From: a bacterium
Lineage (GTDB): Bacteria; Electryoneota; Electryoneia; Electryoneales; Electryoneaceae
Reading direction: 5' to 3'
Assembly (NCBI GenBank): GCA_963669175.1
Contig: OY769902.1
Span: 672,001-736,000, forward strand
DNA length: 64,000 nucleotides
This document shows positions 55,813 to 64,000 of the stretch, one piece after another; position 1 is the stretch's first letter, and each line of letters starts with the position of its first letter. The notes under the pieces were generated by a model, which was not told the DNA's origin, did no database searches, and was given only the letters and a program-made list of their open reading frames with translations. The translations under genes were made by a program, and so were the position numbers.

Positions 55813-56562
55813 CTACTCTAACGCTTCCAGCATTTCCGGATCAATGTCGAAGTTGGAATATACTTTCTGGATATCATCATGATCTTCCAGGTATTCCATC
55901 AGGTTGACCAGGCTTTTGACGTGTTTTTCCTGCACGGGAACCGAAGTTCCTGCGACCATGGTGGATTCCGCTTCGGTGATCGTGAGTCCGGCGTCTTCCA
56001 GCGCCTTGCGGACATCTTCGAGGGTAGAAGGTTCTGTCACCACCGTGAAGGTGCCGTCATCTTCCTGTTCAATATCCTCCGCACCGGCTTCCAGCGCGGC
56101 TTCCATGATATCATCTTCCGACTTGTCGCCCGGGTCAATGGTAATCTGGCCCTGACGACTGAACAGGTAAGCCACCGCGTTTGAATCGGCCAAGTTGCCG
56201 TTATACTTGCTGAAGGCATGGCGGACTTCGGAAAGCGTACGGAGCTTGTTGTCGGTCATGGCATCGATCAGGATTGCGCATCCTCCGGGGCCATACCCTT
56301 CATACGTGATCTCTTCATATACCGTACCTGGTAGTTCGCCAGTACCTTTCTTGATGCCACGTGTGATGTTTTCCTGTGGCATGTTGGCTGCCTTTGCGGC
56401 AAGCACTGCGGTTCGAAGGCGCGGGTTGGCATCCGGATCACCACCGCCCATTCGTGCTGCAACCGTAATTTCTTTTATCAATCGTGTGAAAACCCGCCCA
56501 CGAGCGGCATCGGTTTTCTCTTTTTTCCGGCGAATCGTCGCCCATTTTGAATGACCTGACAT
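55813..56562 (-). CDS. yebC: YebC/PmpR family protein
   Basis: MSGHSKWATI, NPRLR, YEGYGPGG and DDIQKVYSN motifs. Confidence 0.96.
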   Translation of the reverse strand: MSGHSKWATIRRKKEKTDAARGRVFTRLIKEITVAARMGGGDPDANPRLRTAVLAAKAANMPQENITRGIKKGTGELPGTVYEEITYEGYGPGGCAILIDAMTDNKLRTLSEVRHAFSKYNGNLADSNAVAYLFSRQGQITIDPGDKSEDDIMEAALEAGAEDIEQEDDGTFTVVTEPSTLEDVRKALEDAGLTITEAESTMVAGTSVPVQEKHVKSLVNLMEYLEDHDDIQKVYSNFDIDPEMLEALE

Positions 56563-56638
56563 CCACGTTCTCCTGCAATACGGTCAAACCAAAACGTTAT
56601 CCTTCAGTCACTTGCTGATGATAACGAGCTGTTGTGTC

Positions 56639-57061
56639 TTACTTTTCCGCCCTGTTCTCCGCATACCAGCTTTTAATATAATCAATTGGGGTGTTGGTTG
56701 GGGTACCCGGACCGAACAGTTTGCCTACACCAATAGTTTCCAATTCCGCCATATCCTCATCGGGAATGATACCGCCACCGGTCAGCAAGACATCGTCCAT
56801 GCCGTTTTGATTCATCAATTCCCTGACACGCCTGAACTGGGTCATGTGCGCACCGGAAAGAACCGACAGCGCTATAACGTCCGCATCTTCCTGCAGCGCA
56901 GCTTCTACAATCATGTCCGGAGTTTGACGCAATCCGGTGTAGATTACCTCAAACCCGGCATCCCGAAATGCTGCGGCCATGACTTTTGCGCCCCGATCAT
57001 GACCGTCCAACCCTGGCTTGGCTAATATGATCCGAATCCTGTGTTCACTGCTTTCGTTCAT
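56639..57061 (-). CDS. icmB: Acyl-CoA mutase small, cobalamin-binding subunit (IcmB-like)
   Basis: [11 protein letters not shown] (DxHxxG), SVLSGAH, GGGIIP and FGPGT motifs. Confidence 0.85.
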   Translation of the reverse strand: MNESSEHRIRIILAKPGLDGHDRGAKVMAAAFRDAGFEVIYTGLRQTPDMIVEAALQEDADVIALSVLSGAHMTQFRRVRELMNQNGMDDVLLTGGGIIPDEDMAELETIGVGKLFGPGTPTNTPIDYIKSWYAENRAEK

Positions 57062-57142
57062 GACAGCCTCGCTTGTGTTTCCGCAATCCGGAGAGGATCA
57101 CCACGCAATGTACAATCTTAACGTCAGTTATTACAACAAATG

Positions 57143-60100
57143 CTACCCTTGTTTCATCTGTTCGATTGATTCCAGGGCATCGCTGAGGTCACGCACCCGA
57201 TAAGGTTTGGCCACGACCCCCTTGAATCCATACCTGGTATAATCCGCCATCACCGGGTCGGTGGAATAACCACTGGATACAATCGCGGTTACTTTCGGGT
57301 CAAGCTCCAGGAGTTTTACCACTGTCTCCTGCCCCCCCATACCTCCTGGAATTGTGAGGTCCATGATCACCATTTTGTAGGGGTCGCCTTCCTCCCGGGC
57401 CTGCTGATAAAGCTCCAGAGCCTGGTGACCGTTCTCCGCCTCATCTACCGCATACCCCATATGTTCGAGCATTTCCCGGGCAACTTCACGTACGGCAACC
57501 TCGTCATCCATGACCAGTATTTTTCCCTGGCCCTGGTGGCTGATTACATTCTCTGTTACCTGAGCTTCAATTATCTTTCCCGATGCCGGCAGGTAAATGG
57601 AAAATGTTGTTCCCTGGTTGATTTGAGATTCCACCGTAATGTGCCCATTATGCTTGGCAATAATGGAGAAGCAGGACGCCAACCCCAAACCGCTGCCACT
57701 TCGTTTGGTTGTGTAATATGGGTCGAAGATTTTATCCAGGTTGCCCCGTGGAATGCCCACCCCCTGGTCGGAAATGTCGATACGTATATAGTTGCCGGTC
57801 TGAACGGGTAAAATCGAGTCTTCATTGAGCGCCACATTGGCTGCGGTTAATCGGATTAACCCGCCATCCGGCATGGCCTGCATGGCATTGATTACCATAT
57901 TGTTGATCACCTGGCTTATTTGTCCGGGATCCACTTCAACAGGTTGAAGATCATCGGGGAGGTTCAAAATACTGCGCACCCGTGAACCACGAAGGGCAAA
58001 TTCTGTTGTTTCACGAATAATCTCTTCGATGGCGATGGTTTTCTTTATTGGTGCGCCACCTTTAGAGAAGGTCAGTAGTTGTTGAGTCAGATCTTTTGCT
58101 CGCAACGCTGCGCTTTCCGCAACTTCCAGACGCTCGTGCAGTTTCTTTTCCTTGGCCAGCACCTGGGCGATGCTGATATTGCCCAACACAGCCGCGAGAA
58201 TATTGTTGAAGTCATGGGCAATACCGCCAGCAAGCAGCCCCAGCGATTCAAGTTTCTGAGCTTTCAGAACTTCCTGTTCAAGCTTGCGCTGTTCGGTAAT
58301 GTCGCGGAACACCAGCACGACACCAATGATCTCGCTCCGGCTATCGCGAATAGGCGCTGCGCTGTCGGAAATAATTCGTTTTACACCGTTTTGGGCTATC
58401 AACATCCCTTCATACTCTGTAGCAATAGCGCCGCCCTGGACCAACACTTCTGCAACGGGGTTTGGAGCCCGACGCTCCGTTTTTTCATCAACCAGGTTGA
58501 AAACATCACTGATCAATTTTCCGATCGCGTCTTCACGTTCCCAGCCGGTCAATTCGGAGGCATGCTTGTTCATCAGAACAACACGTCCTTCGATATCCGT
58601 GGAAATAACCGCATCACCGATCGAGCTTAGAGTTACCGCCAGCCGTTCTTTCTCTTCAGCCAGCAGCTCTTCCGCTTCTTTGCGTTCTGTGATGTCGAAG
58701 GTGACCCCGTTGACACATGCTTTGCCTTCAACCTGGTGTTCAGCAGGCGTGGCTACATCGTATAACCAGCGAACAATGCCGTTTTTCTGGAAAACGCGAT
58801 ATGTGCAGGTTGCGCTTTCACCCGCAAGCAGTTTTTGATCAAATTTACGCGCCAGGCCGATATCGTTAGGGTGAAGCAGGTTGTTCCACAGGCTGGCGCC
58901 ATCACGAATGAATTCTTCCGGTTTATATCCTGTAATCCTATCAATATTTTCAGAGAAGAATGTGTAATGGTACACGCTGGTTTCTTTATCTATTTCCGCA
59001 CTCCACAACGCAGCGTATACCGAATCGACAACATTTCTGAGCTGTTCTTCGCGTCGCCTCAGAGCTTCTTCCGCACGTTTCCGCTCGGAGATGTCCCGGT
59101 AAATACCATACACTGCAAGTTGTTGTCCGCCAAGCACAATAGGATTTCCCAAGATAGACACTTCAACCCTTTTTCCATCCTTGGTCTGGCGCCATGTTTC
59201 CACGTTGATCGGATCCCCGATAGCCACTTTATGGGTCAGCTCAAGTCCTTCATCCATCATCTCGCTTGGTACGATGAGGTCGTTGATCATCTGGCCGACA
59301 GCTTCTTCCGGTGTGTACCCGAACAGTGTAGTAAAATAACGGTTTATGCTGAGTACGCTATCGTCGTTAGACAACAGGGCAATCGCTTCCGGGGCGCCAT
59401 CGAACAACTCTTGCTGATAAACGGTGAGAACTTCCAGCTCCTTCTCTGCCCTGATTCGGTCGGTCATATCCAGACCAACAGCAATACCGCCGATTATATT
59501 GCCTTCTGCATCTGTCAAGGGTGCAAAATTCACCGAGATGTGTATTTCTACCTCGTCTTCATGTAGCGCGTATGGCCCTTCATAATCACAGTTTTTTCCT
59601 TTTAAAGCACTTTCAAAACACTTGACAATCCGTTTGTTCGACAGCTCTCCCAAAGGAAGATCCAGCAGCTCTTCACGTGTACTCTGAAACAGATCAACCA
59701 TTCTCTGGTTAAACTGAACCAGCTTCAAGTCTGTATCGAACAGGCAGACCGCGGCAGGAGAATCATGGAACAGGGTACGGTAACGGTTTTCAGAAGCACG
59801 CAGCATTTCTTCTGTTTGCTTCCGTTCAATGGCAAGCGCGATATGGTCTGAAACAAATTCAAGGATTTCTACATCTGCGTCGGTGTACAACCTGGGGTTG
59901 GTATAACTCTGAAGCGCAACAACCCCGATATCACCATGAGGGGTGCGCAAGGGAGCGCCCAACCAGACTTCTGAATCGGCCCCGAAGAGTACCACTTCTC
60001 CTTCTTCAACAAGACTGTTGAAAATTTCCGGGGTTGCACAGATGGATTTCCCGGTGCGCCTTACATAGTCTGTGAGGCTGCCTTCCAGGGGGAGAACTTC

Positions 60101-60724
60101 CCCGTCTTCACCGGTATCATCATGCTCGTCAACCAGATAGGGAAATGTGTATCCCCGTTCTTCTTCATGGTACAACGCGACATAGAAGTTCTTCGTGTCC
60201 AGCAAATGGCTGAGTTCAGCATGGATGACAGAGAGTAATTCCTCTAGATCGCCTGCTGTTGATGTTGCGATTGCAATATTGATTAACATCTGGTTGATAA
60301 TATCGGTGCGTTTCTGCTCGGTTATATCCCGCATTACACAGAGGAGATACGTTGTATCATTCAGCTCTATCGGGTGTAAGCTGACGATAAAATAGAGAGA
60401 CCTGCCATCGGTATGCAGATGCTCCCATTCAAACTCCTGTTCGCCTTCCCTGAAAGCGGTTTCTATCAGCTCGGCGCTTTTTTCGTTGGAAGGACCCCCC
60501 CCCGGTTGCACTCGTGGCGAAATAATATCTGGAGACAGTCCAACCAGTTGTTCACGATAGCGTCCCAAAACATCAATAGCCGCATCATTACAATCCCTGA
60601 TGACCCCCTCCTGATCAAGGATCATGATAGGGTCACGAGACTGGTGGAACAGCACCCTGTGAAAAGCTCCACTCTGTTCCAGTGCCTGATGCAACGGTAT
60701 GCTAACCTGCGCTTGCCCGTCCAT
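57143..60724 (-). CDS. Cytoplasmic hybrid sensor histidine kinase (PAS-GAF-multi-PAS-HisKA-HATPase-REC)
   Basis: GGIAHDFNN H-box, DQGVG, FDPYYTTK and GSGLGL motifs; REC domain (VMDDE, MDLTIP, KPY); no TM helices. Confidence 0.95.
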   Translation of the reverse strand: MDGQAQVSIPLHQALEQSGAFHRVLFHQSRDPIMILDQEGVIRDCNDAAIDVLGRYREQLVGLSPDIISPRVQPGGGPSNEKSAELIETAFREGEQEFEWEHLHTDGRSLYFIVSLHPIELNDTTYLLCVMRDITEQKRTDIINQMLINIAIATSTAGDLEELLSVIHAELSHLLDTKNFYVALYHEEERGYTFPYLVDEHDDTGEDGEVLPLEGSLTDYVRRTGKSICATPEIFNSLVEEGEVVLFGADSEVWLGAPLRTPHGDIGVVALQSYTNPRLYTDADVEILEFVSDHIALAIERKQTEEMLRASENRYRTLFHDSPAAVCLFDTDLKLVQFNQRMVDLFQSTREELLDLPLGELSNKRIVKCFESALKGKNCDYEGPYALHEDEVEIHISVNFAPLTDAEGNIIGGIAVGLDMTDRIRAEKELEVLTVYQQELFDGAPEAIALLSNDDSVLSINRYFTTLFGYTPEEAVGQMINDLIVPSEMMDEGLELTHKVAIGDPINVETWRQTKDGKRVEVSILGNPIVLGGQQLAVYGIYRDISERKRAEEALRRREEQLRNVVDSVYAALWSAEIDKETSVYHYTFFSENIDRITGYKPEEFIRDGASLWNNLLHPNDIGLARKFDQKLLAGESATCTYRVFQKNGIVRWLYDVATPAEHQVEGKACVNGVTFDITERKEAEELLAEEKERLAVTLSSIGDAVISTDIEGRVVLMNKHASELTGWEREDAIGKLISDVFNLVDEKTERRAPNPVAEVLVQGGAIATEYEGMLIAQNGVKRIISDSAAPIRDSRSEIIGVVLVFRDITEQRKLEQEVLKAQKLESLGLLAGGIAHDFNNILAAVLGNISIAQVLAKEKKLHERLEVAESAALRAKDLTQQLLTFSKGGAPIKKTIAIEEIIRETTEFALRGSRVRSILNLPDDLQPVEVDPGQISQVINNMVINAMQAMPDGGLIRLTAANVALNEDSILPVQTGNYIRIDISDQGVGIPRGNLDKIFDPYYTTKRSGSGLGLASCFSIIAKHNGHITVESQINQGTTFSIYLPASGKIIEAQVTENVISHQGQGKILVMDDEVAVREVAREMLEHMGYAVDEAENGHQALELYQQAREEGDPYKMVIMDLTIPGGMGGQETVVKLLELDPKVTAIVSSGYSTDPVMADYTRYGFKGVVAKPYRVRDLSDALESIEQMKQG

Positions 60725-60810
60725 GCTTCTCCCACTCCCTGTGGACGGTTAACTTTGATCCATCCACCAAGATGGAAACCATGTGAACCCCGGCATTACT
60801 ACGAAGTCCA

Positions 60811-62514
60811 CTAAAAATAAGCCGTTTCTGTATAGGTTCCGTAAACGTCTTCCATCACCCTGACCATTTCACCCAGGGTCACATCGGCATGGGCGCAGTC
60901 AATGAGGTGCGGCATCACGTTCGCGCCTTCTACACAAGCTTGTTTCAGCTTTTTCAGGGATTCTTCAGCTTTGATACTGTCTCGTTCTTCGCGCAGCTTT
61001 TTCAGTTTTGCTACCTGCTTGTCGTGTACATCTTCTCCGATATGCAGGATGGGGATATCTATCTTCTCGTCTGCATCCTTAAAGCGGTTTACCCCAACGA
61101 TGATCCGTTCTTTTTTGTCCAGCTCCTGCTGGTGAATATAGGCTGCCTTGGCAATTTCTTTCTGGAAGAAGCCATTTTCAATGCCAGCCACCACACCACC
61201 CATATCTTCGATGCGCCGGATATAGTCTTCTGCTTCTTTTTCCAGCTTATCCGTCATCCACTCGACATAATAACTGCCGCCAAGCGGATCCATGATGTTC
61301 ACCACTCCTGATTCATAAGCAAGAATTTGCTGTGTACGAAGTGCGATGGTAACAGCCTTTTCGGATGGCAGGGCCAGCGTTTCATCCATGGAATTCGTAT
61401 GAAGGCTCTGGGTACCACCAAGCACACCGGCCAGCGCTTCTACTGCCGTTCGCACAATATTGTTTTCCGGCTGCTGTGCTGTGAGGCTGCACCCGGCGGT
61501 CTGGGTGTGGAAACGAAGCAGCCAGCTACGTTCATCTTTGGCGCCGTACCGTTCTTTCATGCGCCGGGAATAGATACGTCTTGCAGCGCGGAATTTGCCG
61601 ATCTCTTCAAAGAAGTCCACATGGCTGTTGAAGAAGTGGGACAGGCGCGGAGCAAAACTGTCTACATCCAGGCCACGTTTCATCGTCTCTTCGGTGTAGG
61701 CGAAACCATCCATTAGCGTGAACGCCAACTCCTGCGCCGCAGTAGATCCGGCTTCACGGATATGGTAGCCACTGATGGAAACGCTGTTCCAGTAGGGCAT
61801 CTCGTTGGTGGCAAATTCAATCGTGTCGACAACCAGCTTAATACTGGGTTCAGGCGGGAAAATGAATTCCTTCTGAGCGATAAACTCTTTCAGGATGTCA
61901 TTTTGCAGGGTGCCGCCCAGCTTGGAACGGTCAATACCTTTTCGTTCCGCAGTAGCGATAAAAAACGCCCAGATAATCGCTGCGGGGCCGTTGATGGTCA
62001 TGGATGTGGTGATTTCGTCCATGGGGATACCATCAAACAGGGTGTCCATGTCCTGACGGCTGCTGATGGCGACACCACATTTCCCAACCTCGCCCAGGCT
62101 TAACGGGTCATCGGAATCATGTCCCATCAGGGTTGGCAGGTCGAACGCGACAGAAAGGCCTGTCTGTCCACGTTCGAGCAGGTATTTGTACCGAGCGTTG
62201 GTTTCTTCGGGGGTGCCGAATCCGGCGAACTGGCGCATGGTCCAGAGCCGGCCACGGTACATCGTGGGTCGAATGCCACGAGTGTACGGATATTCGCCGG
62301 GCCATCCCAGTTTTGCACGGGGATCCCAGTCGTTTTCAGTGAAGTATTCCGGACCAACAATGTGAGGGACTTCTGCGGCTGATACAGTGGTAAATTTGAC
62401 GCCGTCTTTGCGAAAACGGCTTTTGGGAGTATAGGTCTCTTTTTCCCAGCGTTTACGATCCTGTGGAGCCTGTGCCCATCCTTCCCACGCGGGACCGTGG
62501 TTATTCTTTATCAT
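60811..62514 (-). CDS. icmA: B12-dependent acyl-CoA mutase large subunit, isobutyryl-CoA mutase signature
   Basis: [40 protein letters not shown] and GGTQSLHTN motifs; lacks the B12 domain. Confidence 0.85.
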   Translation of the reverse strand: MIKNNHGPAWEGWAQAPQDRKRWEKETYTPKSRFRKDGVKFTTVSAAEVPHIVGPEYFTENDWDPRAKLGWPGEYPYTRGIRPTMYRGRLWTMRQFAGFGTPEETNARYKYLLERGQTGLSVAFDLPTLMGHDSDDPLSLGEVGKCGVAISSRQDMDTLFDGIPMDEITTSMTINGPAAIIWAFFIATAERKGIDRSKLGGTLQNDILKEFIAQKEFIFPPEPSIKLVVDTIEFATNEMPYWNSVSISGYHIREAGSTAAQELAFTLMDGFAYTEETMKRGLDVDSFAPRLSHFFNSHVDFFEEIGKFRAARRIYSRRMKERYGAKDERSWLLRFHTQTAGCSLTAQQPENNIVRTAVEALAGVLGGTQSLHTNSMDETLALPSEKAVTIALRTQQILAYESGVVNIMDPLGGSYYVEWMTDKLEKEAEDYIRRIEDMGGVVAGIENGFFQKEIAKAAYIHQQELDKKERIIVGVNRFKDADEKIDIPILHIGEDVHDKQVAKLKKLREERDSIKAEESLKKLKQACVEGANVMPHLIDCAHADVTLGEMVRVMEDVYGTYTETAYF

Positions 62515-63487
62515 GCCTGATCTCCCGGTAGAACTCCTGTACGAGGGTTTCCGCCAGTCCATAAGGACTTGCCGCCAGTTCAACTCGCTCGATCAACTTA
62601 CTCCTGCGTTCCCTGGTCCAGAATTTTTGTGCAACGGTATCTTCGACGAGACGTTGTGTTTTTTCTGCAAACCGATTGGCGCGACGCTTATCCAATACAC
62701 CAGATTCCTTCAGGTGATCCTGATGTTCTTTGATTGTGACGATAACTTCGTCGATCCCGTCTCCCTGCTCGGCAATCGTCTGGATCACCGGCGGCGCCCA
62801 ACCATCTTCCGGATGCTTCATTTCCAGGATACTTTTCAATTCACGATATGCCCGGTCAGCGCCATCACGATCGCATTTGTTTAAGATAAAAATATCTGCT
62901 ATTTCCATCAAACCGGCTTTCATTGCCTGGATAGAATCGCCCGATTGCGGCACGAGTACAACGATGGTCGTATCTGCCGAATGGGCCACCTCCAGCTCGG
63001 ACTGCCCTACTCCGACCGTCTCAAATAATACCCGGTCTTTTCCGAACGCGTCCATCAGGTCACCGGCCTCGTCCACACCAACCGCCAGGCCGCCAAGGTG
63101 CCCACGTGTCGCCATGGAACGGATGAACACACCGGGATCAAGGAACAGCTTCTCCATGCGAACCCTGTCTCCAAGCAGAGCCCCACCGGTAAAGGGACTG
63201 GTCGGGTCAAACGCTACAACTCCGACCTCCTTCTCCTGCTGCCGATATGCCATGACCAGCTTGTTTACAATGGTGCTCTTACCCGCTCCGGGAGGACCGG
63301 TCAAACCAATCCGCCAGGCATTGCCGGTCAACGAAAACAACTCGTCCAACACCTGGGGCATTGCGGGGTCACGGTTTTCCACATAGGTCAGCAACCGCGC
63401 CAATGCACGTCGGTTGCCATCTCGGAAGTCCTTCAGCAGTGTGCTCTGGTTCTGCAAAGTAGCAGCTCGTAAGATTAAGGGATTCAC
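62501..63487 (-). CDS. meaB: Mutase-associated GTPase chaperone MeaB
   Basis: [42 protein letters not shown] and NKCD motifs. Confidence 0.95.
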   Translation of the reverse strand: MNPLILRAATLQNQSTLLKDFRDGNRRALARLLTYVENRDPAMPQVLDELFSLTGNAWRIGLTGPPGAGKSTIVNKLVMAYRQQEKEVGVVAFDPTSPFTGGALLGDRVRMEKLFLDPGVFIRSMATRGHLGGLAVGVDEAGDLMDAFGKDRVLFETVGVGQSELEVAHSADTTIVVLVPQSGDSIQAMKAGLMEIADIFILNKCDRDGADRAYRELKSILEMKHPEDGWAPPVIQTIAEQGDGIDEVIVTIKEHQDHLKESGVLDKRRANRFAEKTQRLVEDTVAQKFWTRERRSKLIERVELAASPYGLAETLVQEFYREIRHDKE

Positions 63488-63806
63488 GTTTTCGGCAAGC
63501 TATAGTATAAATAAAACAAAGCGGCATGGAAATAGGAATTCACGATAACTGTATTTGAATTTTGAAAATGAACCGTGATTTGGAAAACCATGCTCGATCT
63601 GCTCGACATGCTCTTTTGCTTGTATTACATTGGAATGTTTTACAACCGAAATTGGGACGGGGAATATTTCGGGGTGTGTGAGATTGCGCACTCGGTGGTG
63701 GCGTGATGATCCACACATTGTAAAATCTTATCCCGGTCAAACATTCTCGAAACATAATACAACCGTGCTTTTTCGGTACGGTTTACCCGTTACGAAGGGA
63801 GTGGAC

Positions 63807-64000
63807 ATGAGGTATGCTACTCGTTTGATTCTTGTCTTCGCGTTTCTTCTGGCAATGTTACCCGCTGGCCTGATGGCTGCTGAAACCATTACACTGACGA
63901 CAGATGATGATGTGGAAGCCACCAAGTCAATGATCGACTGGGTCAAGGAGAACGGTTACACAGTCGCGGATGAAGGCGAAACCTGGTTTAAGGTTGAGGG
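63807..64000 (+). CDS. Exported hypothetical protein (3'-truncated by window edge)
   Basis: RBS GGGAG; MRYATRLILVFAFLLAMLPAGLMAAETITL... signal peptide; frame open to the window end. Not in the ORF track. Confidence 0.65.
   Translation, partial: MRYATRLILVFAFLLAMLPAGLMAAETITLTTDDDVEATKSMIDWVKENGYTVADEGETWFKVE

Noticed and set aside
63488-63806. Possible cobalamin riboswitch upstream of meaB and the mutase
   Set aside because: No B12-box or GGGAA/GCCACTG core motifs are visible on the minus strand.

Overview
Chromosomal window from a motile, anaerobic, diderm bacterium, probably of the FCB superphylum (inferred from T9SS-type C-terminal domains, CheX, SelA and a multiheme cytochrome). In order it carries: two tandem giant gingipain-like C25 proteases; a pyrF-pyrE operon interrupted by PilZ and lipoprotein genes; an orphan GAK-type ATP-grasp enzyme; cheX and yciH; an ~18 kb N-glycan-degradation locus without SusC/SusD (GH20, PNGase F-like, GH38, sodium:solute symporter, CBM9-like, GH130, DUF4838, GH3, GH29); tRNA-Gln(CTG); an amidohydrolase that has lost most metal ligands; a 17-heme cytochrome c fused to a cytochrome b domain; selA-nfeD-comEC; an ECF sigma/anti-sigma cassette between two MITE copies; arcA; yebC; and meaB plus a split isobutyryl-CoA-type mutase with a hybrid kinase between its subunits. 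The intergenic DNA holds many families of structured non-coding repeats. These include a 332-bp element with terminal inverted repeats, a modular CTAG-ended element with a nested degenerate copy, and a hairpin family with an invariant TTG/TGT internal loop and covarying stems. No transposase, integrase or CRISPR array is present. All calls come from reading the sequence by eye; no database searches were run.
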